64,000 bases of DNA from Betaproteobacteria bacterium. GTDB lineage: Bacteria > Pseudomonadota > Gammaproteobacteria > Burkholderiales > SG8-41. The stretch spans positions 18,207 to 82,206 of the forward strand of contig JBKDUF010000096.1 in assembly GCA_046339595.1 (NCBI GenBank), written 5' to 3'. The position numbers were made by a program, and so were the translations under genes. The notes beneath the pieces are model-generated. The model was given only the letters and a program-made list of their open reading frames with translations. It did no database searches and was not told the DNA's origin. This document shows, one piece after another, positions 46,343-56,148 of the stretch (within the stretch, counting starts at the first letter, position 1; each line of letters begins with the position of its first letter).

Positions 46343-46897
46343 ATGCCCCTGCCCGCCCCCAAGCCCCGTACCCTGAAACATACCCGCAGCGTCGAGTGCA
46401 GGGGCTATGAACGCGAGGACGGCCTGTGGGACATCGAAGGCCACCTCGTTGACACCAAGACCTATGTCCACTCGCGCCGTGACGGCGGCCGCGAGCGCCA
46501 GCCCGGGGATGCGGTGCATGACATGTGGCTGCGCCTGACGATCGACCTCGACCTCAGGATCCACGACGTCGAAGCCGCCACCGACAGCAGCCCCTACGAG
46601 GGCTGTGGCGGCATCACCCCCAATTTCAAGCGCCTGGTCGGACTGACCATCGGGCCCGGCTGGCGCAAGGCCATCAGCGAGCGCGTCGGCGGCGTTGAAG
46701 GCTGCACCCATCTGGTCGAACTGCTGGGTCCGCTCGGCACCACGGCCTTCCAGGCTACCGGTCGCGCCCGCGAAGCCCGCAACGCCGGCAAGCCGGTGAC
46801 CAGGAAGCCTTACCAGATCAACTCCTGCCACACCTACAAGGACGATTCGCCGGCAGTGCAGGAGCGCTGGCCGCAGTTCTACACCGGCAAGCGCTGA
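46343..46897 (+). CDS. DUF2889 domain-containing protein
   Basis: HTRSVECRGYEREDGLWDIEGHLVDTKTY...GCTHLVELLGPL resembles the DUF2889 family from memory. Confidence 0.6.
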   Translation: MPLPAPKPRTLKHTRSVECRGYEREDGLWDIEGHLVDTKTYVHSRRDGGRERQPGDAVHDMWLRLTIDLDLRIHDVEAATDSSPYEGCGGITPNFKRLVGLTIGPGWRKAISERVGGVEGCTHLVELLGPLGTTAFQATGRAREARNAGKPVTRKPYQINSCHTYKDDSPAVQERWPQFYTGKR

Positions 46898-46903
46898 CCG
46901 GCC

Positions 46904-48124
46904 TCAGCCCCGGCGCAGGTACCACCACCGCGCCAGCGGCGACAACACGCCGAAGATGCCGATGCTGGCAAAGGCCAGCCCCCAGGCGGTGACGCTCTGG
47001 TTGCCCCCGGCCAGATCCAGCGTCAGCCCGAACACCAGAGGTGCAAGGAAAGCGGTGCTGAAACCGAGGAAGGAATACACCGCCATCATGGCGCCGCGCA
47101 TCTCCGGCGGAGTGGCGGCGACGGCGCCTGAGGTCAGCGCACCGGAGTCGCCCAGCATCGCGCCGTAATGCACCATCATCAGCAGCACCACGATGTACCA
47201 GGGCCAGGCCGCGGTGAACCCGATCAGGCAGGCGATGACCCCGGACAGCGTCATGAACAGGAAAATGATGCGGCTGCGACCGAAACGGATCGCCAGCTCG
47301 TTGCCGGTGACGCTGAACACCGGGCCCAGCACGTTGATCATCGCCGCCAGTGTCGCCGCCGACAGCGCCATGGGCGCATGTTCGGGCTGCAGCGCCGCGC
47401 AGAACACCAGGAAGGCCACCATCCAGGAGCGCTGGCCGAACAGTTCGTAGTTGTGAGCCGCATAGCCGATGATGTACGGCAGTGTCCTGCGGTTTTTCAG
47501 CACCGGCCGGAAATCGAGCAGGCGGCTGTCGTGGTGCGCGGCCGCACGCACCCGCCCCATCGGCATCGCGAAGGTCACCAGCAGTCCGGCCAGTACCGGC
47601 CCCGCGGCGCCGAACCAGAATGCCCACTGCCAGTCCATGGTCGCACCGATCCTGCCCGCGACCAGGATCGAGATGGTCGAACCGACGCCGAAGCTCGCCG
47701 TGTAAAACGCGGTGGCGCGGGACTGTGCCGAGCCTTCAAGGTGGTCGGTGAGCGCCTTCAGCCCCGGCATGTAGGTGCCGCCGAGGGCGGCTCCGATCAG
47801 GAACTGCGCGAATGCGGCGCTCCAGAACCCCTGTCCGAACAGGGCAAAAAACGCCGCGCCGGCACTGGCGATGAGGCAGGCACCCAGATAGATTCGGCGC
47901 GAATCCATGCGGTCGGTGAGGCTGGAGAGCACCGGCACCGACACCATGTAGCCGGCAAACATGAAGCCGCTGATCGCACCGGCCTCGGAATTGGACAGCC
48001 CCCACTGCTTCTGCAACAGCGGCAGCAGCGTGGTGTAGGCGGCAAAACCGGTCATCGACAGCGCCTCGGCGAGGCACATGATGAAGGTCAGGCGTTTGGC
48101 TGAGGGCGGTTTTGCCGTGCCCAT
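46904..48124 (-). CDS. MFS transporter
   Basis: 406 aa with a 12-TM-like pattern and an MFS loop motif (LSSLTDRMDSRRI). Confidence 0.8.
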   Translation of the reverse strand: MGTAKPPSAKRLTFIMCLAEALSMTGFAAYTTLLPLLQKQWGLSNSEAGAISGFMFAGYMVSVPVLSSLTDRMDSRRIYLGACLIASAGAAFFALFGQGFWSAAFAQFLIGAALGGTYMPGLKALTDHLEGSAQSRATAFYTASFGVGSTISILVAGRIGATMDWQWAFWFGAAGPVLAGLLVTFAMPMGRVRAAAHHDSRLLDFRPVLKNRRTLPYIIGYAAHNYELFGQRSWMVAFLVFCAALQPEHAPMALSAATLAAMINVLGPVFSVTGNELAIRFGRSRIIFLFMTLSGVIACLIGFTAAWPWYIVVLLMMVHYGAMLGDSGALTSGAVAATPPEMRGAMMAVYSFLGFSTAFLAPLVFGLTLDLAGGNQSVTAWGLAFASIGIFGVLSPLARWWYLRRG

Positions 48125-48166
48125 GATGCGTCTCCCCTTTGCTGTTTGGCGTGACCCTGTTGACTC

Positions 48167-48778
48167 TTATACCGCGCCGGCATCACGCAGCAGTTTGGCG
48201 ATGGCCTCGGCGATCCTGCGGTAACCGTCCGCGTTGGGATGGATCGGGTCCGACTTCAGCTCCGGGCTGTAGAGGACGCTGGTCACGATCTTGCCTTCAT
48301 AGGGAATGCCGAACTCCCCGGCCAGCTTGGCGTAGAACTGCGGCGCGCTGGTGATCAGGCCCGGCTCCGGCACGCCGACCAGCACCATGTCGATGCCCCG
48401 TGCACGTATGGTCTTCAGGATTTCACGCAGGTTGGATTCGATCACCGGCTGCGGCTGCTTGCGCAGCATGTCGTTGCCGCCAAGGCAGACGATGACCAGT
48501 CTCGGGCGGTGCTCGTCAAGCAAGCCCGGCAAGCGCGCGAGGCCTCCTGCGGTCTGTTCACCGGGAACACCCGCACGCAGAACATTGCGGCCAATCAGCT
48601 GCGCCAGCACCTCCGGATAGCTGGCTTCGGGTTTTGCGCCAGTGCCGTAGGTCAGGCTGTCGCCGAAGGCGAGCACGATGTCGCCGGGGGCAAGCTTGGC
48701 GACTTTCGGCGTCGAACCTCCGCAAGCCGAGATGAAGGCCACTGCACACAGCGCAAGCATCCAGCGCAGAAGCTTCAC
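48167..48778 (-). CDS. GDSL/SGNH arylesterase (TesA-like), secreted or lipoprotein
   Basis: The GTG start at 48778 gives VKLLRWMLALCAVAFISACGG (lipobox-like). Also has GDSLTYG block I, and GGND and DPIHPN blocks. Confidence 0.82.
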   Translation of the reverse strand: MKLLRWMLALCAVAFISACGGSTPKVAKLAPGDIVLAFGDSLTYGTGAKPEASYPEVLAQLIGRNVLRAGVPGEQTAGGLARLPGLLDEHRPRLVIVCLGGNDMLRKQPQPVIESNLREILKTIRARGIDMVLVGVPEPGLITSAPQFYAKLAGEFGIPYEGKIVTSVLYSPELKSDPIHPNADGYRRIAEAIAKLLRDAGAV

Positions 48779-48780
48779 GA

Positions 48781-50397
48781 TCACCGCCCCTTGTAGAGTC
48801 CGCGCCTGAAATCGCGGACGATCTCGCGCGCGGCGTTGCGCCCGGGCAGGCCGCTGACACCGCCTCCGGGGTGGGTGCCGGAGCCGCACAGATACAGCCG
48901 CTTCACCGGCGAACGGTAATCGGCATGGCCAAGCACCGGCCTCGCGGTCCAGAGCTGGTCCAGCGTCAGCGCGCCATGGAAAATGTCGCCTCGGGTCAGT
49001 CCGAACTCGCGCTCAAGGTCGAGCGGCGACAGTATCCGCCGCGCGATCACGGCATCACGGAAATTCGGTGCGAAGCGGGTGACGGTGTCGATCACGTGGT
49101 CGGCAGCATCCTCGCGGATCGCATCCCAGGTCAGGCCCGAAGGCAGGTCATAGCTGAAATGCTGGCAGAACAGGCTCGCCACATGGGCACCCTCCGGTGC
49201 CAGGGATTCGTCCACCGTTGACGGAATCAGCATCTCCACCACCGGCGCGCGCGAGCAGCCATAGGTGCGGGCATCGAAATAGGCCTGCTCCATGTAGGCC
49301 AGCGTCGGCGCGATGATGATCCCCGACTGGTGATGCGCTGCCGGCACGGCACCGGGCAGGCAGGTGAAATCAGGCAGTTCGCGCAACGCGACGTTCATGC
49401 GGAAGGTGGCGGAATCGCATTTCCAGGCACGCATACGGCGCAGGAATTCGCCATCAAGCGCCGGGGCGTCAATCAACCGGGTGTAGAGCAGCCTCGGGTT
49501 GACGTTGGCCGCGACACAGCGCGCCTCGATCACACGCCCGTCCCTGAGCTGGACGCCCTGGGCGCCGCGCGAATCGACACAGACATTGACCACTTCGGCG
49601 TTGAGGTCGATATGCACGCCACGCGCGCGCGCCTCCGCCGCCATGGCCTGGGTGATGGCGCCCATGCCGCCGATGGCGTGCCCCCAGGCTCCGCGCCGGC
49701 CGTTGACCTCGCCGAAAACATGATGCAGCAGTACGTAGGCGGTACCCGGCGCGTAGGGGCTGGCAAAGTTGCCGACGATGGCATCGAAGCCGAAAGCAGC
49801 CTTGATCGGTGCCGACTCGAACCAGGCGTCGAGCAGGTCTCCGGCGCTTTTGGTGAACAGGTCCAGCACCTCGCGCCTTGCCGCCATGTCCAGGCGCTTG
49901 AAGCGGCGGGCGGTTTTCAGCGCCGCAATCAAATCACCAACGCCGCCGCCAACATTGGGCGGGGTTTCCAGCGTCATCTCTCGCAGCACCCCCGCGACGC
50001 GCTCCAGCATGGCGTAATACGCCGGCAGTTTCTCGGCGTCGGCCTTTGAAAACCGCGCAACCTCGGCCCGGGTCTGCTCCAGCGAAGGACCCACCTTCAG
50101 GCAGTCGCCATCGGACAGGGGCAGGAAGTTCGACAGGGGGCGCTCGACGATGCGCAGGCCATGATCGGCCAGGCGCAGATCGCGGATCACCTGCGGATGC
50201 AGCAGGCTGACCGTATAGCTGGCGATCGAATTGCGGAATCCGGGATGGAATTCCTCGGTCACGGCGGCGCCGCCAACCACGCCGCGCCGTTCAAGCACCC
50301 TGACCTTGAGTCCGGCGGCGGCCAGATAGCAGGCACAGGCCAGACCGTTGTGTCCGCCGCCGACGATCAGCACATCGCAGGCAACAGGTGGCGGCAT
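48781..50397 (-). CDS. NAD(P)/FAD-dependent oxidoreductase (phytoene desaturase CrtI-like family)
   Basis: N-terminal dinucleotide motif DVLIVGGGHNGLACACYLA. 538 aa, amine-oxidase/CrtI-like. Confidence 0.8.
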   Translation of the reverse strand: MPPPVACDVLIVGGGHNGLACACYLAAAGLKVRVLERRGVVGGAAVTEEFHPGFRNSIASYTVSLLHPQVIRDLRLADHGLRIVERPLSNFLPLSDGDCLKVGPSLEQTRAEVARFSKADAEKLPAYYAMLERVAGVLREMTLETPPNVGGGVGDLIAALKTARRFKRLDMAARREVLDLFTKSAGDLLDAWFESAPIKAAFGFDAIVGNFASPYAPGTAYVLLHHVFGEVNGRRGAWGHAIGGMGAITQAMAAEARARGVHIDLNAEVVNVCVDSRGAQGVQLRDGRVIEARCVAANVNPRLLYTRLIDAPALDGEFLRRMRAWKCDSATFRMNVALRELPDFTCLPGAVPAAHHQSGIIIAPTLAYMEQAYFDARTYGCSRAPVVEMLIPSTVDESLAPEGAHVASLFCQHFSYDLPSGLTWDAIREDAADHVIDTVTRFAPNFRDAVIARRILSPLDLEREFGLTRGDIFHGALTLDQLWTARPVLGHADYRSPVKRLYLCGSGTHPGGGVSGLPGRNAAREIVRDFRRGLYKGR

Positions 50398-50422
50398 GTG
50401 GCGGTTGGGGATTGGCGGTCGC

Positions 50423-50499
50423 AGGGAAAATTTGGCGCGCCCGAGACGATTCGAACGTCCGACCCCTGCCTTCGGAGGGCAGTACTCTATCCAGCTGAG
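50423..50499 (-). tRNA. tRNA-Arg (anticodon CCG)
   Basis: The reverse complement GCGCCCGTAGCTCAGCTGGATAGAGTACTGCCCTCCGAAGGCAGGGGTCGGACGTTCGAATCGTCTCGGGCGCGCCA folds as a cloverleaf. Anticodon loop is CTCCGAA, T-loop is TTCGAAT, and CCA is encoded. Confidence 0.93.
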
Positions 50500-50573
50500 C
50501 TACGGGCGCGTAACCGGTTCAATTCTAGCACGCCCCCCTCAGCGCCCGTTTTACCGGGGGTGGTGTAGCCGGC

Positions 50574-50579
50574 TATAAT
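50574..50579 (+). promoter_or_regulatory. Candidate -10 box (TATAAT) for the cytochrome c gene
   Basis: GGCTATAATCAGCGCTTTG lies 30 nt before the ATG at 50610, with TTACCG 17 bp upstream. Confidence 0.45.
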
Positions 50580-50609
50580 CAGCGCTTTGTCGAAGCCTGT
50601 GGATCCGCC

Positions 50610-51443
50610 ATGAGCGACTCGCATCCTCCCGAACATTCCAGCCCGATCAAGACCCCGAAACAGCTCGTGATCGTGATCGTTGTTTCCTTTGTGGTGCCTG
50701 TGTTGCTGATCGTGATGCTGGCGCAGCTTGCGATGGACCTTGCCGGCCCCTCCGCCACCGACAGCGCTGCAGCAGAGGAAGCGGTGGCCAAGCGCATCAA
50801 GCCGGCAGGCACCGTTGTGGTTGCCGATGCCAGCGCACTGCAGCAGGTGCGCGACGGCAAGACCGTCACTGAAGCCGCCTGTATCGCCTGCCACGCCAGT
50901 GGCGCGCTCAACGCGCCCAAGATCGGCGACAAGGCGGCCTGGGGCAAACTCACCGGTCGCGGCCTGGACGCGCTGACTGCAAGTGCGATCAAGGGCGTGC
51001 GCCAGATGCCGGCACGCGGCGGCAATCCGGACATTTCCGATGTCGAGATCGCACGCGCCATTGTCTACATGGTCAACCAGTCCGGTGGCAACTGGAAGGA
51101 ACCCGCAGCACCTGCTCCCGCGGCGGCCACTGCTGCCGCTGCGCCGGCTGCTGCAGCGGTGATGGTCGCCGCTGCCGCCCCCGCTGCCACGGGGGGCGAC
51201 GCCGCCCGCGGCAAGAGTGTCTACGACTCAAGCTGCGCGGCCTGCCACAGCGCCGGTGTCGCCGGCGCCCCCAAAACCGGCGACAAGGCAGCCTGGGCGC
51301 CGAGACTGAAGTCTGGAAAGGATGCGCTCTACGCCGCAGTGCTCAAGGGCAAGGGCGCGATGCCGGCCAAGGGCGGCAATGCCTCGCTCACCGAAGCCGA
51401 CGTCAAGGCCTCGGTCGATTACATGCTGGGCCTGGTCAAGTAA
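50610..51443 (+). CDS. Membrane-anchored di-haem cytochrome c (two cytochrome c5-like domains)
   Basis: N-terminal TM helix, then two CxxCH motifs (CIACHASG..APKIGDKAAW and CAACHSAG..APKTGDKAAW) separated by an Ala-rich linker. Confidence 0.88.
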   Translation: MSDSHPPEHSSPIKTPKQLVIVIVVSFVVPVLLIVMLAQLAMDLAGPSATDSAAAEEAVAKRIKPAGTVVVADASALQQVRDGKTVTEAACIACHASGALNAPKIGDKAAWGKLTGRGLDALTASAIKGVRQMPARGGNPDISDVEIARAIVYMVNQSGGNWKEPAAPAPAAATAAAAPAAAAVMVAAAAPAATGGDAARGKSVYDSSCAACHSAGVAGAPKTGDKAAWAPRLKSGKDALYAAVLKGKGAMPAKGGNASLTEADVKASVDYMLGLVK

Positions 51444-51472
51444 CACCACGGACGGGTCGAACATGTCCCGGC

Positions 51473-51506
51473 AAAAGGCGCAGCCCGTCTGCGCCTTTTT
51501 CTTTTT
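51473..51506 (+). terminator. Rho-independent terminator after the cytochrome c gene
   Basis: AAGGCGCAG-CCCGT-CTGCGCCTT stem-loop followed by TTTCTTTTTC. Confidence 0.8.
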
Positions 51507-51521
51507 CGGCGGCGGCTGAAC

Positions 51522-52346
51522 ATGGCCACCTATGCCATCGGGGATGTCCAGGGCTGTTACGAACCGCTGCGCCGTCTGCTCGACCGCATCCGCTTCGATC
51601 CTGCAAATGACAGGCTGTGGTTTGCCGGCGACATCGTCAATCGCGGACCACACACCCTGGAAGTGCTGCGGTTCGTGCGCGGCCTGGGCAACGGTGCGGT
51701 GACGGTACTCGGCAACCACGATCTGCATCTGCTGGTGGTCGCCGCCGGCGTGCGCTCACCGCACCACGGCGACACACTCGACAGCCTGCTGGCCGCACCC
51801 GACCGCGACGAACTGCTCGACTGGCTGCGCCGGCGCCCCTTGCTGCATGCCGAGGCAGACTGGGCGATGGTGCATGCCGGTCTGCTGCCGCAATGGTCGA
51901 TCACGCAGGCGCGCGCGCTCTCCGCCGAGGTCGAAGCCATGCTGCAGGGGCCGCAGTACGGCGAATTCCTGCAGCACATGTACGGCAACAAGCCGCGGCG
52001 CTGGTCGGACGATCTTGAGGGTTTTGACCGGCTGCGCGTGGTTGTCAACGCAATGACCCGGCTGCGTCTGTGTGACGACTCCGGGGCGATGGAGTTTTCG
52101 CATAAAAGCGGCCCGCAGGATCTGCCCAAAGGTTACAGGCCGTGGTTCGATTCGCCGCAACGCGCCAGCGCCGGCACCCCGATCATCTTCGGTCACTGGG
52201 CTTCGCTGGGCCTGCTGCTGCGTGAAGACATTGTCTGCCTGGACTCGGGCTGCGTCTGGGGTCGTTCGCTGACGGCAATCCGGCTGGAGGATCGCGCGCT
52301 GTTCCAGTGCGATTGCAGCGAAATCAGGGTCGCTGGAGGCGAGTAG
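51522..52346 (+). CDS. apaH: Bis(5'-nucleosyl)-tetraphosphatase (symmetrical)
   Basis: MATYAIGDVQGC, GDIVNRGP and GNHD metallophosphatase motifs. Confidence 0.93.
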   Translation: MATYAIGDVQGCYEPLRRLLDRIRFDPANDRLWFAGDIVNRGPHTLEVLRFVRGLGNGAVTVLGNHDLHLLVVAAGVRSPHHGDTLDSLLAAPDRDELLDWLRRRPLLHAEADWAMVHAGLLPQWSITQARALSAEVEAMLQGPQYGEFLQHMYGNKPRRWSDDLEGFDRLRVVVNAMTRLRLCDDSGAMEFSHKSGPQDLPKGYRPWFDSPQRASAGTPIIFGHWASLGLLLREDIVCLDSGCVWGRSLTAIRLEDRALFQCDCSEIRVAGGE

Positions 52347-53121
52347 CGATCGCCGCCCGGGCGGCATCGGCAAGCGCGCGCCGGTCGGGTTGTGCCTGCA
52401 GCAGGGGCAGAAAAGAAACCTTCGCAACAATGGCGGGTCGGGCGACGATGTCGCACAGGCTGCGCCAGAGGCTCTTGTCGCCATCGTATGCCGCCTCCGT
52501 GCACAGTGAACCGTCGCCGTGCTCGAAACGCAACGCCACAGGCTGCACCGCAGCGCCGGATTTGAATGCGGGCTGCAGCAAGGCGCTGTGGAATCGCAGC
52601 ACCTGTGAACCGTTGCTGGTGGTGCCCTCCGGAAACACCGCAACCAGGTCTCCGGCCTGCATGGCCTGCGCCATCAGGGCGCTGACGCGACCGGCATCGG
52701 TGCGGCGGCCGCGCTCGATGAACAGCGTGCCGGTGCGCTCGCACAGCCAGCCGATCGCCGGCCAGCGGCGGATCTCCGATTTCGCGACAAAGCGCACCGG
52801 ATGCACGGCATTGATCGCAAAAATGTCGAGCCAGGACACATGGTTTGCGACCAGCATCAGCGGCCGTGCAGCATGCAGTTCCCCCTCCACCCGCAGGCGC
52901 ACGCCAAGCTGCCGCAGCAGGCCCGCCGACCACAGGCGGATAGCCCGCTGGCGGCGTTCCCCATCGTAGAAGTGAAAGGCAAAGGCGGCGGTCAGCAGTC
53001 CGCGGGCCAGATGCCACAGGATGCCGGCGAGCCGCGCGGCACGCGTCGGCAGCGATGAACACCGGGATTGGGGGCCGCTCATGGCGGCCATTATAGGACC
53101 GCGCGCAGCGCGGCCGTTCAT
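52324..53121 (-). CDS. olsA: Lysophospholipid / lyso-ornithine lipid acyltransferase (OlsA-like)
   Basis: HX4D motif (ANHVSWLD) and FPEGTTS. The ATG at 53121 overlaps the olsB-like stop (ATGA). The 3' end overlaps apaH by 23 nt, convergently. Confidence 0.65.
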   Translation of the reverse strand: MNGRAARGPIMAAMSGPQSRCSSLPTRAARLAGILWHLARGLLTAAFAFHFYDGERRQRAIRLWSAGLLRQLGVRLRVEGELHAARPLMLVANHVSWLDIFAINAVHPVRFVAKSEIRRWPAIGWLCERTGTLFIERGRRTDAGRVSALMAQAMQAGDLVAVFPEGTTSNGSQVLRFHSALLQPAFKSGAAVQPVALRFEHGDGSLCTEAAYDGDKSLWRSLCDIVARPAIVAKVSFLPLLQAQPDRRALADAARAAIATRLQRP

Positions 53122-53912
53122 GCCTTCATGAAATGGCGTGCATAGCGCCCATCCATCCGCGCCACGGGCAGCAGCATGAGCAGGTCGGCGGTGTTGAAAT
53201 CGGGATCCCACGCCGGGGCACCGCAGATCATCGCGCCAACCCGAAGATAGCCTTTGACCAGTGCCGGCGGCACTCCATCTCCCGCGCCGTGGTCCAGCGC
53301 GGCCAGCGGCAGTTCGCAGCGCGGAAACACGCGATATTCCACCGGCGACAGGTATCTGGCGGCCAGTCTGCGGTAGATCGCCGCGGCGGCGTGGCCCCCG
53401 TCGTTCATCGCCAGCGAAGCGCAGCCGATCACGTAGCGAAAGTCGTGGCGCGCCACGAACTCGGCCAGCCCGGCCCACAGCAGCGCGATGGTGGCACCGC
53501 TGCGGTAATCGGGATGCACGCAGGAGCGTCCGATTTCCAGGGTATCGGCACGCAGGTGGCGAAGCCGGGTCAGGTCGAACTCGGTCTCGGCGTAAAAGCC
53601 GCCCAGCGCCGCAGCCCTGGCACCCGAGAGCAGGCGGTAGGTGCCGACCACCTCACCGCTGCGGGTATCGTCGCGCACCAGCAGATGCTCGCAGTGCGCA
53701 TCGTAAAGATCACGGTCAACACCGGGTATGGAGCAGCCCAGCCGCGCACCGAGCTCTTCCGCAAACACGCGGTAGCGAAGTCGCTGCGCCTCCAGCACTT
53801 CGTCCCCGCTGCGGGCAAGCGCCACGGTCAGCGCGGGGCTGCCCGGCTGGCGTGCGGCCTCGGCAGCGGCCTCGTGGGTGGCAGGGGTGCATTCAACTGC
53901 GGCATCGAGCAT
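53118..53912 (-). CDS. olsB: GNAT-family ornithine N-acyltransferase (OlsB / hemolysin-like)
   Basis: LRYRVFAEELGA...DAHCEHLLVRD..GEVVGTYRLL matches OlsB-type acyltransferases. GGAGG RBS. Confidence 0.65.
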   Translation of the reverse strand: MLDAAVECTPATHEAAAEAARQPGSPALTVALARSGDEVLEAQRLRYRVFAEELGARLGCSIPGVDRDLYDAHCEHLLVRDDTRSGEVVGTYRLLSGARAAALGGFYAETEFDLTRLRHLRADTLEIGRSCVHPDYRSGATIALLWAGLAEFVARHDFRYVIGCASLAMNDGGHAAAAIYRRLAARYLSPVEYRVFPRCELPLAALDHGAGDGVPPALVKGYLRVGAMICGAPAWDPDFNTADLLMLLPVARMDGRYARHFMKA

Positions 53913-54034
53913 GGCGGCCTCCGTGATCGGTTCACGGCGGAGCCTACGCAGGACCGATGACCGGGCGGTTAAAGCCGCATGACGGAACGGTGATGGAAAA
54001 ATGACTGCCGGGTGAACGCCTCCGGCGGCTGCAC

Positions 54035-54505
54035 TCAGCGCGTGACGCGGGAGTTCTGGCCGCTGGAGAGTATGCGCACGCGGTCTCCCGGCTTGAAGGT
54101 CTCGTCGGCCTCCTGCACGATCGCCACCAGCGCACCATTGTCGAGCTTCACGGTGATTTCAACGCCTTGGCGCCTGGTCACGCCCTGTTCGGCAGCAGCC
54201 CCGGCCAGGCCGCCCGCCACCGCCCCGAGCACGGTGGCGATGTCCGAACCGCGGCCACCTCCAACCGTACTGCCGGCGATGCCACCGACCACCGCACCCG
54301 CGGCAGGACCGATCGGGGTACGCGTGCCCTCGATCTGCACAGCACGCACGCTTTCGACGACCCCCATGCGGACGCTTTGCTCGCGGCGAGCCTCGTCGCG
54401 CGAATACGTGCCGCCACCCAGCCCCTGCGCGCAGCCAGCGAGCGCAGCCAGCGCAAGCAGCGCGACAGCGGGCCTGATCTTTGTATTGCGGTTGATCGCT
54501 TGCAT
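54035..54505 (-). CDS. Glycine-zipper outer-membrane lipoprotein (SlyB / 17-kDa antigen-like)
   Basis: Lipobox LAALAGC and glycine zipper GAVVGGIAGSTVGGG..GAVAGGLAGAAA. Confidence 0.8.
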   Translation of the reverse strand: MQAINRNTKIRPAVALLALAALAGCAQGLGGGTYSRDEARREQSVRMGVVESVRAVQIEGTRTPIGPAAGAVVGGIAGSTVGGGRGSDIATVLGAVAGGLAGAAAEQGVTRRQGVEITVKLDNGALVAIVQEADETFKPGDRVRILSSGQNSRVTR

Positions 54506-54516
54506 GGTAAACCTCC

Positions 54517-55452
54517 TCACCAGAATTTCATGCCGAACGCGTCCTCGAAGCGCTCCGCCAGTTCGTCCTTGCCATAACGGTGGTTCTGTCCTCCGCGATG
54601 GGCGATTTTCAGCGAGCCCATCAGCGACGACAGGCGGCCGGTCAGCGCCCAGTCGGCGCCGGCCGCCAGCCCGTAGAGCAGACCGCCGCGGAAGGCATCG
54701 CCACAGCCGGTGGGATCGAGGATCGCTTCCGGTTTAACGCTCGGGATGTCGATCTGTTGACCGCCGGAGAACACCAGCGAGCCTTTTGCACCCAATGTGA
54801 CCACGATCGCGCTGACAAGTTTCGCCAGTTCCTCCAGCTTCTTGCCGGTGCGCTCCTGCAGCATCTGCGCCTCGTAGTCGTTGACCGTGACATAGTCGGC
54901 AAGACGCACGAAATGCTCCAGTTCCTCGCCGTTGAACATCGGCAGTCCCTGGCCCGGATCGAAGATGAAGGGAATGCCAGCCTCGCTGAATTCCCGCGCG
55001 TGCTGGATCATGCCGTCGCGGCCATCCGGAGCCACGATGCCCAGGGTGGCATTTTTGGCATCCGTCACGTGATTCTGGTGCGAATGGTTCATTGCCCCGG
55101 GATGGAAGGCGGTGATCTGGTTGTCGTCCAGATCGGTGGTGATGAAGGCCTGCGCGGTGAAGCTGCCGGGCACGGTCCGCACATGGTCCTGGGTAAGGCC
55201 CAGCCGTTGCAGGCGCTCGTCATAGTGCGCAAAGTCGTCGCCGACGGTGGCCATGATGCACGCATCGCCGCCGAGCATGTTCAGGTTATAGGCAATGTTG
55301 CCGGCGCAGCCGCCGAACTCGCGGCGCATGTCGGGTACCAGGAAAGCCACGTTGAGGATGTGCAGTTGGTCGGGCAGGATGTGGTTCTTGAAGCGGTCGT
55401 GGAAGACCATGATGGTGTCGTAAGCCATCGAACCGCAGATCAGGGTGGACAT
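54517..55452 (-). CDS. PfkB-family carbohydrate/nucleoside kinase (adenosine kinase-like)
   Basis: Internal ATG at 55452 (MSTLICGSMAYD). GGCAGNIAYNL and the C-terminal DPTGCGDAFRGG PfkB signature. Confidence 0.8.
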   Translation of the reverse strand: MSTLICGSMAYDTIMVFHDRFKNHILPDQLHILNVAFLVPDMRREFGGCAGNIAYNLNMLGGDACIMATVGDDFAHYDERLQRLGLTQDHVRTVPGSFTAQAFITTDLDDNQITAFHPGAMNHSHQNHVTDAKNATLGIVAPDGRDGMIQHAREFSEAGIPFIFDPGQGLPMFNGEELEHFVRLADYVTVNDYEAQMLQERTGKKLEELAKLVSAIVVTLGAKGSLVFSGGQQIDIPSVKPEAILDPTGCGDAFRGGLLYGLAAGADWALTGRLSSLMGSLKIAHRGGQNHRYGKDELAERFEDAFGMKFW

Positions 55453-55660
55453 CGTGAGGCTTTCACTGGGGGTAAAAGAGGCGCGCATTATAGCAACGTG
55501 CCCGTATCGCTCCCTGTGATCCCGTCGCCCCGCGGCGACATCGGCGATAGCGCACTGCACGCCGCGGCCGCATAATCTGCGCAGGCGCAACCACCGCCGG
55601 TGATCGCTGTCGGCCCAACCCGAAAAATCCACACTTCACCCAGGGAGAGGAAGCTCAACC

Positions 55661-56086
55661 ATGCTCAAGGAATTCAAGACCTTTGCCATGCGCGGCAACG
55701 TCGTCGACATGGCGGTCGGCATCATCATCGGTGCCGCCTTCGGCAAGATCGTCGAGTCGCTGGTCAAGGACCTGATCATGCCGCCGATCGGACTTCTGCT
55801 CGGCAAAGTCGATTTCGCCAATCTCTTCCTGGTGCTGCGCGAAGGCGCGACCCCCGGCCCCTATGTCAGCGTCGAAGTGGCGCAAAAAGCCGGCGCGGTG
55901 ACCTTCAACTACGGCCTGTTCATCAACACCTGCATCAGCTTCCTGATCGTCGCCTTCGCCGTGTTCCTGCTGATCCGGACGATCAACCGCCTGAAGGCAC
56001 AGGAGGCCGCGGCCCCCGCCGCACCGCCGCCGACCCCGGAAGATGTGCTGCTGCTGCGCGACATCCGCGAGGCGCTGAAAAAATAA
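55661..56086 (+). CDS. mscL: Large-conductance mechanosensitive channel
   Basis: [31 protein letters not shown] is the canonical MscL N-terminus. Confidence 0.95.
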   Translation: MLKEFKTFAMRGNVVDMAVGIIIGAAFGKIVESLVKDLIMPPIGLLLGKVDFANLFLVLREGATPGPYVSVEVAQKAGAVTFNYGLFINTCISFLIVAFAVFLLIRTINRLKAQEAAAPAAPPPTPEDVLLLRDIREALKK

Positions 56087-56101
56087 AAGCCGCCACGCCC
56101 G

Positions 56102-56130
56102 AAAAAAACGCGCCCGGTGGCGCGTATTTT
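56102..56130. terminator. Bidirectional rho-independent terminator between mscL and gcvH
   Basis: CGCGCC-CGGT-GGCGCG stem flanked by AAAAAAA on the left and TATTTT on the right. Confidence 0.75.
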
Positions 56131-56148
56131 CCGCTGGGTAGCACAAGC

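Noticed and set aside
50398-50609. tRNA-Arg(CCG) as a potential integration hotspot (island, integrase, direct repeat of the tRNA 3' end).
   Set aside because: Both flanks are short (about 25 and 110 bp) and lead straight into ordinary genes. No integrase and no duplicated tRNA 3' segment is visible.
53913-53940. Hairpin CCGTGA-TCGGT-TCACGG next to the olsB-like ribosome-binding site, as a translational control element.
   Set aside because: Only 2 nt of the GGAGG SD are inside the stem and the stem is short, so it is not compelling without conservation data.
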